DNA from: Schmidtea polychroa
Taxonomy: Eukaryota
DNA length: 64,000 nucleotides
Direction of reading: 5' to 3'
NCBI GenBank assembly: GCA_044892525.1
Contig: CM097885.1
Span: 3,474,001 to 3,538,000 of the forward strand
Made by a program: the position numbers and the translations under genes. Positions 14,601 through 23,948 of this stretch are shown here, in pieces. The notes beneath the pieces are model-generated. The model did not search any database. It saw nothing but the letters and a program-made list of their open reading frames with translations, and was not told the DNA's origin. The stretch's first letter is position 1. Each line of letters begins with the position of its first letter.

Positions 14601-15939
14601 CAAGGGTATATTAATTAAGGTTAGTAAATAAAACTTATCACACACACTTTAATATTTAAACGATAAAAATCAAGACAAGAGAGGACAAGGCAAAGTTAAT
14701 GCATTTAGTATTGCCAGGCCTAATGAGCAGTGACCAAATATCTGTGCCTGAAAGACACGGTGGATATTTGTTCGCGTCCACAAGGGTCGTCTATGCCTCC
14801 CCAAGTGGGGTCAGAAGAACCTGGGCATTATAGTTTTCCGTACGGAACATTACGCCTAGCATGAGTAGTCAACTACCAGAACATTCGAAACGTATAAAAA
14901 TACATTACAAAATACATGCGTCATTGGCACTATAACCAAATTAATTAATGTTTTCACTAACAACAATATATATTTACAAAGGCCTCCCACTAGTTGGATT
15001 ACAACCGCCCACCACGACGATCAGCTTGTAAATATATATTAATTAAGGGATAAAGAGGGTCCACCAAACCCTTTTATATTTAATTTACAAAATAATGTTT
15101 TTAAAGGGCTTCTCCGTCAGTTTTCTCACTCTTCTGAAATTTCTCTGGAATTTGTCGGTAATCTAGCATTATTATTATTATTTAAATTATTATTATTATA
15201 AATATTATAATTATTATTTATTATTTTTAAGATTTTATTCTGTGATCAAATTCTAATAATATCAACAAATTTGTATTTATTTTAATTACTATTATCAATT
15301 ACTTAGTTGGCGAAGTCCTAAACAAAGAACTCTATTGAACCATCTAATAACACAGAATATGATCATCCTTTAAATTAATTAATAAAATATTTTTATTATG
15401 ATAAAGAAATAAACCTAGTTCTTTCCGAATTTAATTTATATATCCACAGGTAATGTCAGTAAGTTGGATTCATCTATAAATTTATATCACATTCATTATT
15501 TAAAGTTAAACTACCCACTGAGAATGACTGAGATAAAGTTTCGCAAACAATAAACTGTAGTTCTCTGGATAGAAAAGAAAGAATTTTCAAAAAATCCACT
15601 AAAATTTTATCATAAATAGTATTGAATAAATAATTTTGAAATTCTGTTCTAAAATAGAGTTATAAAATTATTTTATATACAAATTAACTTTTTTTTGAAT
15701 TTAAAAAACTAACTATAAAATTTGCTTTTATATTTAAACAAAGTTTTAAACAAGTTATAATTAAATTATTTTTCGTAAAAAATGATTATATAAAGATGAT
15801 GAACTATAAAATAAATATTATTACTTGAAAATACTTTTATTTGTTATTGGAAATTTAGTTTTCTTACATAAATTATTACCAAAAATTTAATATCCTTATA
15901 AAAATATTTAAGCATAAGTAAATAACATTAAATTAATCG

Positions 15940-16640
15940 AACAACCAAGTACTTACAACTAGACACTAACAACTAGACACTAACAACTAGTTACCGTTTA
16001 CATAGTACAAGATATCAACAACCTACAACTAGATATCAACAACCTGTTACTAACTATGTATTACAAATGGCTACCAAGTACTAACAACCAGATACTGACA
16101 ACCAAGTACTTACAACTAGACACTAACAACTAGTTACCGTTTATATAGTACAAGATATCAACAACCTACAACTAGATACCAACAACTTGTTACGAACTAT
16201 ATATTACAACGGGCTACCAAGTACTAACAACTATCTACTAACAACCAGATACTAACAACCAAGTACTTACAACTAGACACTAACAACTAGTTACCGTTTA
16301 CATAGTACAAGATATCAACAACAACAACAACAACAACAACAACGACAACTGGATACATACAACTAGATACTAACAACAAAGTACTTACAACTAGACACTA
16401 ACAACTAGTTACCGTTTACATAGTACAAGATATCAACAACAATAACAACAACAACAACAACTGGATACATACAACTAGATACCAACAACCTGTTACCAAA
16501 TACCAACAACCTGTTACCGAATAGGTACTAACAACTATCTACTAAGTACCAACCTAAATTCAATCACCCCCAAGTATTTTCAACTACTCACTAACAAATA
16601 CCAAGTACTAAGCACTTACAACTAGGTGTTAACAAATAGA
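15940..16640. repeat. Minisatellite of ~14-15 bp units (ACAACTAGACACTA-like) with higher-order repetition
   Basis: The block CAACTAGTTACCGTTTA(C/T)ATAGTACAAGATATCAACAAC occurs four times. Confidence 0.9.
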
Positions 16641-16694
16641 TTTAAAAGAAACTTGTTCTTCATTGATGAAAATGATAATCATTGAATGAAAATA

Positions 16695-17603
16695 AGTAGT
16701 GTGTATATATACCCAACCCAAACAGCCCTCCCAACAAAAACATACCTCCATTACGCTTAAACCATTAGAAAAACAACATAAAACCTATGTTTTTATAGTA
16801 TTTTAACCCCATATTTTAAACAACAACCACCCTTAATCTTTAAAGCCTCAAACTCAATAGCTTCAAACTAAAAAGAGAATAGAAAAGAAAATGGCATTAT
16901 GAAAAAGTTAGAGGGCTATATCCGGAGTTGATCTTTATCAGATTATTGATTTTAAATTATATAAATTAAAAAATAAATGAAAAATAGTAAAACTGCTCTG
17001 AGAGGACAGTGGTATTTTTTTTTTTTTCACTGTCCTCTCAACAGTTTTTTTGATCCGGATCATTTTTTTTTATTCAACCTCTTTCGTTTATCAAATCTCT
17101 TCCAATATACAAGCTGGCCAGGCTCATACATCAGAATCAATTCGATAATAGCAGCACACCTTATTATTCGCTTCTCGCTCGAATACGATTTCATCGGCGT
17201 TTTAAGCGTGCTGCTCGAAAGTACAAATGAATTCGAAAGCGAATCCGAAAGAGGTCCGAAAACAACCGAGAAAGGGATCGATCCGGGGGTGTTCGAAAGA
17301 CAGGTGGCGATAATTACCGGTTCGCCACCATCACCCGTTTCAATAATTTTTTTTCATATTTATGTTTAAAAAATAATTAATTAATAAAAAAATAAAATAA
17401 AATAAAATAAATAAAATAAAATATACAAGTACTTTATAAATATAAGATACCCACACTATTTTCAATATTATTTTCAAATTTTTAATATTATTTTATGTTG
17501 AAAAAAAACTAACCTCAGATGTGATTTGAACCGCTAGCATTTTGAACCACTGTGCCAGTCTATTCCCACTGCGCCATCAAGGTTCGAATTTTTGTCATTT
17601 TTT
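16695..17603 (+). repeat. Left terminal inverted repeat (~909 bp)
   Basis: Reverse complement of 34487-35438, apart from about ten substitutions and a ~43-bp indel. Confidence 0.95.
17510..17583 (-). ncRNA. tRNA-like Pol III cassette A (inside left TIR)
   Basis: A box TGGCGCAGTGG at position 8, B box GGTTCAAATC, partial acceptor stem ACCTTG/TGAGGT, followed by T8. Confidence 0.55.
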
Positions 17604-17830
17604 AGACTATAAATAATCGATTCAAGTTCTTTAACTCTTTCCTGTAATTGTTTCATTTTCTTCAATCTTATATCAGCAACATCTACAGCCTTCATATAAA
17701 AATGTCGATACTTTTCATTATCTACCATCAACTCTTTGATGTATTCTAATGGTTCTTCTTCTCTTCTTTTCATTCTCTTATGTTTAACTTCATTCAATTC
17801 ATTTCTCATTCTTTCTTTTAACTCATCCAT
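17534..17830 (-). CDS. Small coiled-coil hypothetical protein ending inside the TIR
   Basis: 98-aa ATG ORF, charged and helical; 3' end overlaps cassette A. Confidence 0.5.
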   Translation of the reverse strand: MDELKERMRNELNEVKHKRMKRREEEPLEYIKELMVDNEKYRHFYMKAVDVADIRLKKMKQLQERVKELESIIYSLKNDKNSNLDGAVGIDWHSGSKC

Positions 17831-17999
17831 TTTTATAAATATTTTTTTATCGGATATATTAATTTTTGGTAGCTTAAGTTAAAACGTTTTTGATCTTAAA
17901 TTTCCAAGAGTTGCCGTTGACCAATCTCCTTAAAAATTTGTACAAGTACTAAATCGAGTATGCTGATCAATATTTCGTTAAAAATAAATTTGAAAAAAA

Positions 18000-18072
18000 T
18001 GACCGAAATGGGATTTGAACCCATTGGTATTGGCAATGCAGTCGAGTGCTATTACCACTAAGCTATTAGAGC
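18000..18072 (-). ncRNA. tRNA-like Pol III cassette B (5' half resembles tRNA-Cys(GCA))
   Basis: GCTCTAA-TAGCTTAGTGGTAATAGC-A-CTCGA-CTGCATT...ATGGG-TTCAAAT-CCCAT-TTCGGTCA then T7. T arm is perfect; anticodon stem does not pair. Confidence 0.65.
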
Positions 18073-18242
18073 TATACTCAATATAAAATAAGTTGTTAAT
18101 GTGTGACTATTTATTGATGAAATTAATAATTAATTATTCATTTTCTCGACAACTACCACTCGGATCGATCTGAAAATTTAAATATATACTAAAATCAGTA
18201 CGCTGAATCAGATTCCGTTGAAAAAAAAATATCGAAAAAAAT

Positions 18243-18316
18243 TGACCAAAATCGAAAATTGAACCCGGTACTCCCGGTGATAAAATTGAAGCCTATTCCC
18301 ACTCCGCTATAATGGC
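18243..18316 (-). ncRNA. tRNA-like Pol III cassette C
   Basis: A box TAGCGGAGTGG at position 8, B-box-like GGTTCAATT, followed by T7. Downstream flank is similar to that of cassette B. Confidence 0.5.
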
Positions 18317-18372
18317 TTACATAATATATTTAATTAATCCTATTGTGTGTGTGTAAATTTTAATATATAAAA

Positions 18373-19659
18373 ATGAATAATATAAAAATTCAAGAAAAAA
18401 ATAAATTAAATCTTGATTATAATAAAGAATTTACTCATGAAATCAAGAAAAACGATGTATTTAAAATCTCCCCAACTTCAGGATCTATTGCAAACTTAAA
18501 TCGTAGGGGTGATATAGTTTTTCAATCTCTTCAAACATCAAACCCAATAGATATTTGTAATGCCAAATTATATAATAAAATCGAATTAGAAATTGAAGCA
18601 AACAAAGATATAACCCTAGAAAATAATTTCTTTCCAAATTTATTCTCCAACATGAGATTAAAACTAGGATCATCAGAAATTGAAACTGTTTTGCATCCGG
18701 GAGTATATTCTACAATGTTAAATTTTATTTTGACTGGTTGTGATTATAAAAACGAATATGGTGAATTAACAGGTTGGATTCCTGATGTTAATAAAGGGGA
18801 TTTAGATAAAGCTGGTTTAGATATAAACCATGGTTACCATAAAAAAGCTGAACTTTATAAATCTAAAAAATTTGAAGGTTATTTTGAATTAAAACACTTG
18901 TTTGGATTCCTTCAAAACTATAATCGTATACTTCATAATGTTTTTATAGAATTCATCTGTAATAGAGTAGAAGGTGATAAAAGATTGTTCTATGGAGCTG
19001 TAGATACAAAAGCTAAATTAAAATTATCAACACTTGAATTACATATACCTGAATGGACATTAAACACACATTCTGAGATTAAACTCCTTGAAAGATTAAA
19101 TTCCAACAAGTCTATAAATGTAAATTATTTAAATAGAATCTGTAGTGAATTTAGTATGACAGAGGGTTCAACATATTCTATAAAGGTAGCAAATTTAGCA
19201 TACCGACCAAGATATATCTTGATTGGATTCAAAGAAGTAGATTCATCTTTCCAAAAAAATAACAACTTGTTTATTCAAAAGATTGGAGTTGATAATTTAA
19301 AAACAATCCAAATTCAATTAAATAGTTCTTATTATCCAATAAATAGAATGGAATTTAATATAGAAAATAATGAAAACATATTCCCATATCTAAATTATAT
19401 TGAAACATGTTATGATTTCAAAGTTGAACCGCAATTAAGTTTAGAAGATTTCAAAAATTTATATTCTATATTTTGTATAAATGTTTCAGACCAAGATGAT
19501 CGCCTAGCCATAAATAATGTTGATGTTACACTTCATGTAACAAAGGATTCTAATTTTAAAGCTAAAGTATATACATTAATATTAGAAGAAAAGAAAATAG
19601 AAATGAAATTATATGGTGGAAAGATTTCAATAATCGAAAATGTTAGGGGAGATTCTTGA
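18373..19659 (+). CDS. Polinton major capsid protein (double jelly roll)
   Basis: Intact 428 aa; LKHLFGF, RPRYILIGF, IQIQLNSSYYP, FKNLYSIFCINVS motifs; genomic context. Confidence 0.9.
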   Translation: MNNIKIQEKNKLNLDYNKEFTHEIKKNDVFKISPTSGSIANLNRRGDIVFQSLQTSNPIDICNAKLYNKIELEIEANKDITLENNFFPNLFSNMRLKLGSSEIETVLHPGVYSTMLNFILTGCDYKNEYGELTGWIPDVNKGDLDKAGLDINHGYHKKAELYKSKKFEGYFELKHLFGFLQNYNRILHNVFIEFICNRVEGDKRLFYGAVDTKAKLKLSTLELHIPEWTLNTHSEIKLLERLNSNKSINVNYLNRICSEFSMTEGSTYSIKVANLAYRPRYILIGFKEVDSSFQKNNNLFIQKIGVDNLKTIQIQLNSSYYPINRMEFNIENNENIFPYLNYIETCYDFKVEPQLSLEDFKNLYSIFCINVSDQDDRLAINNVDVTLHVTKDSNFKAKVYTLILEEKKIEMKLYGGKISIIENVRGDS

Positions 19660-19688
19660 TATAATCCCTGATATTTTAACATTTTAAA

Positions 19689-21098
19689 ATGTCTCTAAAT
19701 AAATATTGGAGATGTGAAAGTTGTAATTGTCAAGTTACAAGACATCATAAAGCAAGTCATTTAAAAACTAAAAAACATACAGGAGGTGATCTAATTCCAC
19801 GAGCTGGAGGTGATTTGCAATCTTCAAAAGTGGCATCTTCAATATTAAAACCTTTTACTACAGAAAAATATCCAGGTGAAAGACATTTATTTAAACACAA
19901 CTATACTGGACCAGGAACACGTCTAGATATTAGATTAGATGAAAATAATAATCCCAAACAAGGAGAAGAACCAATAAATAGAATTGATCAAGCAGCTTTA
20001 AAACATGACATTGCATACAATTCAACAAATCTTAGAGATAGACATGTTGCAGATGTGAATTTAATACATGATTTAAATAGTATCCAAAATCCATCAACCC
20101 AAGAAAAGATTCAAAGAGCTCTAGTTAAATTAGCAATGAAAGGTAAGATTTTCGTAGGCTTAGGACACAGTCCGATCACCATGGGTGCAAGACTTCCTAG
20201 GAAAGCAAAAGATGTTGCTTATAAAAAGATTATCGAACAAGCAGAGATTGAAAGATCCCTCGAGAGTACAGCCAAGACTAGTTTACAAACCCCAACAGAA
20301 TCAGAAATAAAATATGCAAAGGAATTACACCATGAATTTAGAAAAAATAAAAAATATTTAAAAGTTCAAGTACATGAAAAAGATCAAACATGGTCTGCAG
20401 ATTTAGTCTTTATGCCCAAATCATCAGACCCTGAAAAATATAAAATAATTTTAACTGTAATTGATTTATATACAAGATTTGCTTTTGCAAGATGTTTAGA
20501 AAATAAAACAGGATATTCTATTACAGAAGCATTTGAAAATATATTTGAAGAAAATCAAAGAATCCCAAAATATTTATGGTGTGATAAAGGAACAGAATTT
20601 TATAACAAAGTTTTTACAAAGTTTTTAAATGAAAATGATATTAAATTATATTCAACAGAAAACGAAGGAAAAGCAGTCGTAGTTGAAAGATTAAATAGAA
20701 CATTAAAAAATAAAATGTGGAAATATTTTACTGCTATTGGAAAACAAAAATGGAACAATGAATTGTTACAAAAGATTGTAAATGAATATAATAATGATGT
20801 ACATAGTTCTATAAAATCAACACCTTTAAATGCTTCCATGAAGCCTGAAACCATTAAAGTGGTAAATATTGAAAATGATGTTATTGAAAAACCAAAGTTT
20901 AAAATTGGTGACCGAGTAAGAATATTTAAATATAAAAATAAATTTGAAAAAGGATTCACAGCAAAATGGACAAATGAAATTTTTATTATAAATAAAATAC
21001 ATTATACAACTCCAATAACATATAGCATCTTTGATTTAAATAATGAAAAAATATTAGGTAGATTTTATAATAATGAACTACAGAAAACAGATTTTTAA
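19689..21098 (+). CDS. C2H2 zinc finger + parvovirus-type phospholipase A2 + rve integrase fusion
   Basis: CESC..HLKTKKH; HNYTGPG...IDQAALKHDIAY; WSADL, IDLYTRFA, WCDKGTEFYN, VERLNRT. Confidence 0.93.
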   Translation: MSLNKYWRCESCNCQVTRHHKASHLKTKKHTGGDLIPRAGGDLQSSKVASSILKPFTTEKYPGERHLFKHNYTGPGTRLDIRLDENNNPKQGEEPINRIDQAALKHDIAYNSTNLRDRHVADVNLIHDLNSIQNPSTQEKIQRALVKLAMKGKIFVGLGHSPITMGARLPRKAKDVAYKKIIEQAEIERSLESTAKTSLQTPTESEIKYAKELHHEFRKNKKYLKVQVHEKDQTWSADLVFMPKSSDPEKYKIILTVIDLYTRFAFARCLENKTGYSITEAFENIFEENQRIPKYLWCDKGTEFYNKVFTKFLNENDIKLYSTENEGKAVVVERLNRTLKNKMWKYFTAIGKQKWNNELLQKIVNEYNNDVHSSIKSTPLNASMKPETIKVVNIENDVIEKPKFKIGDRVRIFKYKNKFEKGFTAKWTNEIFIINKIHYTTPITYSIFDLNNEKILGRFYNNELQKTDF

Positions 21099-21109
21099 GT
21101 CGACAAGCC

Positions 21110-21916
21110 CTAAAACAAACTTTTCCATATTTCAGCTTCTTCTCTATCCAAATAAATATAATTATATTTTTCTTTCCAATGATTATCAACAAACATATCA
21201 AACATATTCTTATCAGGTTCAACATTTGAAAATAAATCATTATAAATCATATTCTTATCACGGCGATCTAATTTAAAAAATATAAAACAATTGGAATTAT
21301 TTCTTATTGAATTTTTATCTAAAGCATAATATGTTTGAGATATATAAATAACATTACAATTATTATGTCGACCTCGTGTAAAGTAACTCTTTTGAATCTC
21401 TTGATTTTTCATATTAACAACATCATCAAATATAACTAGATTCTTTTTATCTTTAGGAAGTAAATCACAATGTAAAACATCTTCAGGTTTATTAGAGAAT
21501 AAAACTTGAATTGCCTCCTGCCCTTCTTCACAAATATAATCATTTTTATTACTAATATCTGATTCTAAAATCTTTTCCTTATACCAATCAACCATATCAC
21601 AAGGTTGAAAAACTTCTTCAGGACATCTATGTTGATTTTTAAAAATATCAATTATTGCTTTTTTAGTTAATTTATTTTCAAATCCACATTTCAAAAGTTG
21701 TAATTCTGGTTGATTTATAGTTGTAGAGTAAAAGATTAAATTATTATAATCTAAAAAATCATCTTCAAGTAACATTCTCAAAACAAGTACATTCTTTCCA
21801 CATCCAGAAGAACCAACAATTAATAATCTAAAATTATCAGGAAATACTTTATTATTAAATTTACTCTTATGTCTATTTAAAATTGGTTTCCAAATTATTG
21901 GACTTCGTACATCCAT
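21110..21916 (-). CDS. A32/FtsK-like genome packaging ATPase
   Basis: Walker A GSSGCGKN, Walker B LVIFDD, FTRGRHNN, YISQ, IRNN. ATG at 21916. Confidence 0.93.
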   Translation of the reverse strand: MDVRSPIIWKPILNRHKSKFNNKVFPDNFRLLIVGSSGCGKNVLVLRMLLEDDFLDYNNLIFYSTTINQPELQLLKCGFENKLTKKAIIDIFKNQHRCPEEVFQPCDMVDWYKEKILESDISNKNDYICEEGQEAIQVLFSNKPEDVLHCDLLPKDKKNLVIFDDVVNMKNQEIQKSYFTRGRHNNCNVIYISQTYYALDKNSIRNNSNCFIFFKLDRRDKNMIYNDLFSNVEPDKNMFDMFVDNHWKEKYNYIYLDREEAEIWKSLF

Positions 21917-21931
21917 TTTGTTTATTATAAA

Positions 21932-22509
21932 ATGACAACTGAAGAATCTTTGCAAGAATTAATAAATTCAAATAAAAATAAATCAGTAGTAATTGATGGT
22001 AAAAATATTTTATTGGAAAACATGTAAAAGAACAAGTTAGAGCGAAGCTCCACGAAGCTAAAGAAGGAGGCATTCTTCCATTAGCTGCTTTAATACCTGC
22101 AATCATTGCTGGTTTATCAGGTGCTGCTGGAATAGCTGGAGGAATTGCAACTACAGTTCAAAAAGCTAAAGAATCTCAAAAGACAGACCTAGAAAAAGAA
22201 AAACTACAAACTGAAATCGATTCAATGAAGAAGGTAGGGCAAGCTAAAGTGGGAGTGTCCGTTGGAAAGGGTCTCTATCTTAATCCATATGAGGGGAGTC
22301 GGCAAAAGTCTCAGGGCAAAGGTCTCTATCTTGATCCTTATAAAGGTAGAGGTTTAAATGATTTTTTAAAAAATCAAATTTCTACATCTGAATCTTTATC
22401 TTCAAAAGATAAAGAAGATTTAAAAAAAATATGTAAATCTTTAAAGAATGGATGCCTTTGTAAAACTAAAAATGGTAAAGGATTATACTTGAAGCCCTTC
22501 GAACTATGA
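21932..22509 (+). pseudogene. Virion core/membrane-active precursor protein with a 1-nt frameshift at 22001-22005
   Basis: One extra A restores MTTEESLQ..GKKYFIG..KEGG-ILPLAALIPAIIAGLSGAAGIAGGIATTV..., followed by three GKGLYLxP repeats. Confidence 0.8.
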
Positions 22510-22531
22510 TACCATTTTTGATACCATTAAA

Positions 22532-23413
22532 ATGGTATATGAAGAAAGATTAGCACTTTTAAAAAAATTACAATCAGAACAAGATAAATATAATAAAAAA
22601 GATACAACTCAACATGCTGAATCTATAATATTAAATGAGGTAATAACACAACAACAGGGGCCAACAATTAAAGCTATAAAAGAGTTGGAAGATTTCAATG
22701 AGCAAGCAAAATTTAAAGAGTTAGAAGATAAAAAACAAAAAATAAAAGAACTAGAGTGGCAGGATAAAGAAAAAGAATCCAGTGAAAACCATCCTGAAAG
22801 TCATCCTGAAAGAAATCAAAGAAAACGCAGAAGAATTTCTAATGTGGAAGAAGAAGAAATGTTTTTAAAAACAAAACCTCTTAAAGTTGATCCTAAAATT
22901 AGAGATGATTTACCTCCTTCAATTAGACCCACATTTAATACTAATACTGAAGGATATCAAATAATAACAATTAATAAACAAAACTTTACTTTATATTCAA
23001 ATTCAGAAAATAAATCACGTATTCATTCACAAAATGTTTATAATAATGAATATTTAGACTTTGAATTTACAGATGATTTTTATAGATTACTTTGTGGATA
23101 TTCTTCAGATGATGTTGAAGAAATTAAAAAATATTTAAATTTAATAAGATTAATAAGAGCTGGTTCTAAAGCAAAATATATTCAAGATTTAAAGAATTAT
23201 TTAAATAAAAATGAAAAGGGTTATGTTGTTACAGAGGGAGAGGGATTGGTTGAACCAAATCCTATCAATCTTTTTATTGAATTAAGAAAACTATTAGCTG
23301 CAAGGAAAGCAGGACATAATAATTTAGATTCTGATATTTTAAAGATTTCTAAAGATTTGTTAAAACAAGGAATAATTTCAAAAGATAAATTTAATAAGTA
23401 TACGAAGTTATAA
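22532..23413 (+). CDS. Conserved Polinton uncharacterised protein
   Basis: Intact 293 aa; C-terminal GEGL..PINLFIELRKLLAARKAGHNN..I..DL...GII, resembling a recurrent Polinton ORF. Confidence 0.7.
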   Translation: MVYEERLALLKKLQSEQDKYNKKDTTQHAESIILNEVITQQQGPTIKAIKELEDFNEQAKFKELEDKKQKIKELEWQDKEKESSENHPESHPERNQRKRRRISNVEEEEMFLKTKPLKVDPKIRDDLPPSIRPTFNTNTEGYQIITINKQNFTLYSNSENKSRIHSQNVYNNEYLDFEFTDDFYRLLCGYSSDDVEEIKKYLNLIRLIRAGSKAKYIQDLKNYLNKNEKGYVVTEGEGLVEPNPINLFIELRKLLAARKAGHNNLDSDILKISKDLLKQGIISKDKFNKYTKL

Positions 23414-23435
23414 ATACGAAGTTTTAAAATACAAA

Positions 23436-23900
23436 ATGACTCCTTCAATATTAGATTTTTTAAAAACATTTGGAATAAATGCAAAAACAAATTTTGATTT
23501 AAAAGATTATGCAAATTATTTAAATTTAAAAATTAAAATATTAATGAATGATGAATTATCAAGTCTGGAGAGTCCCCTGAATATAATAATCAATTATCAA
23601 ATTTCAAATGAAAAAGGATCTCATTGGGTTTGTATATATAAGAAATCTATCTACTTTGATTCTTTTGGGATTAAACCTACTAAAGAAGTTGAAGATTATC
23701 TCTTGAGGGGTTCTCCGATTGATTCCCCAAATGGTTATACTTTTAACTCTTTACAAGTTCAACCTTTGAATACTAAAATATGTGGTATTTTAAGTTTATA
23801 TGTTTTGTATAGATTGAATAAGGGAGAGGGAAAGGGGCATACGCAGGATTTTGAATCTATAATTCAAGAAATTTATAATGATCTAGAATCTCTACTATAA
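23436..23900 (+). CDS. Adenain-like cysteine protease (copy 1)
   Basis: GSHWVC, YFDSFG, QVQ..ICG catalytic residues intact. Confidence 0.93.
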   Translation: MTPSILDFLKTFGINAKTNFDLKDYANYLNLKIKILMNDELSSLESPLNIIINYQISNEKGSHWVCIYKKSIYFDSFGIKPTKEVEDYLLRGSPIDSPNGYTFNSLQVQPLNTKICGILSLYVLYRLNKGEGKGHTQDFESIIQEIYNDLESLL

Positions 23901-23948
23901 GGATTTTTACTATAAGGATTTTTACTATATGAATTTACTATTAAAGAA

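Noticed and set aside
14850..14900. Hammerhead ribozyme near CGAAACGTA
   Set aside because: No CTGANGA core in the right position and the stems do not fit.
15940..16640. CRISPR-like array
   Set aside because: No unique spacers, eukaryotic context, no cas genes; it is a minisatellite.
16977..17369. 130-aa ORF in the TIR (and mirror 34712..35113)
   Set aside because: Runs through hairpins and homopolymers, the two copies end differently, and it has no recognisable motif.
18000..18072. Functional tRNA-Cys gene
   Set aside because: The anticodon stem does not pair and the acceptor stem has mismatches; kept only as tRNA-like.
20600..20959. Antisense ORFs overlapping Polinton genes (e.g. 20600, 23221, 24746, 31754, 33700, 62898)
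   Set aside because: Shadow frames of real genes on the other strand.
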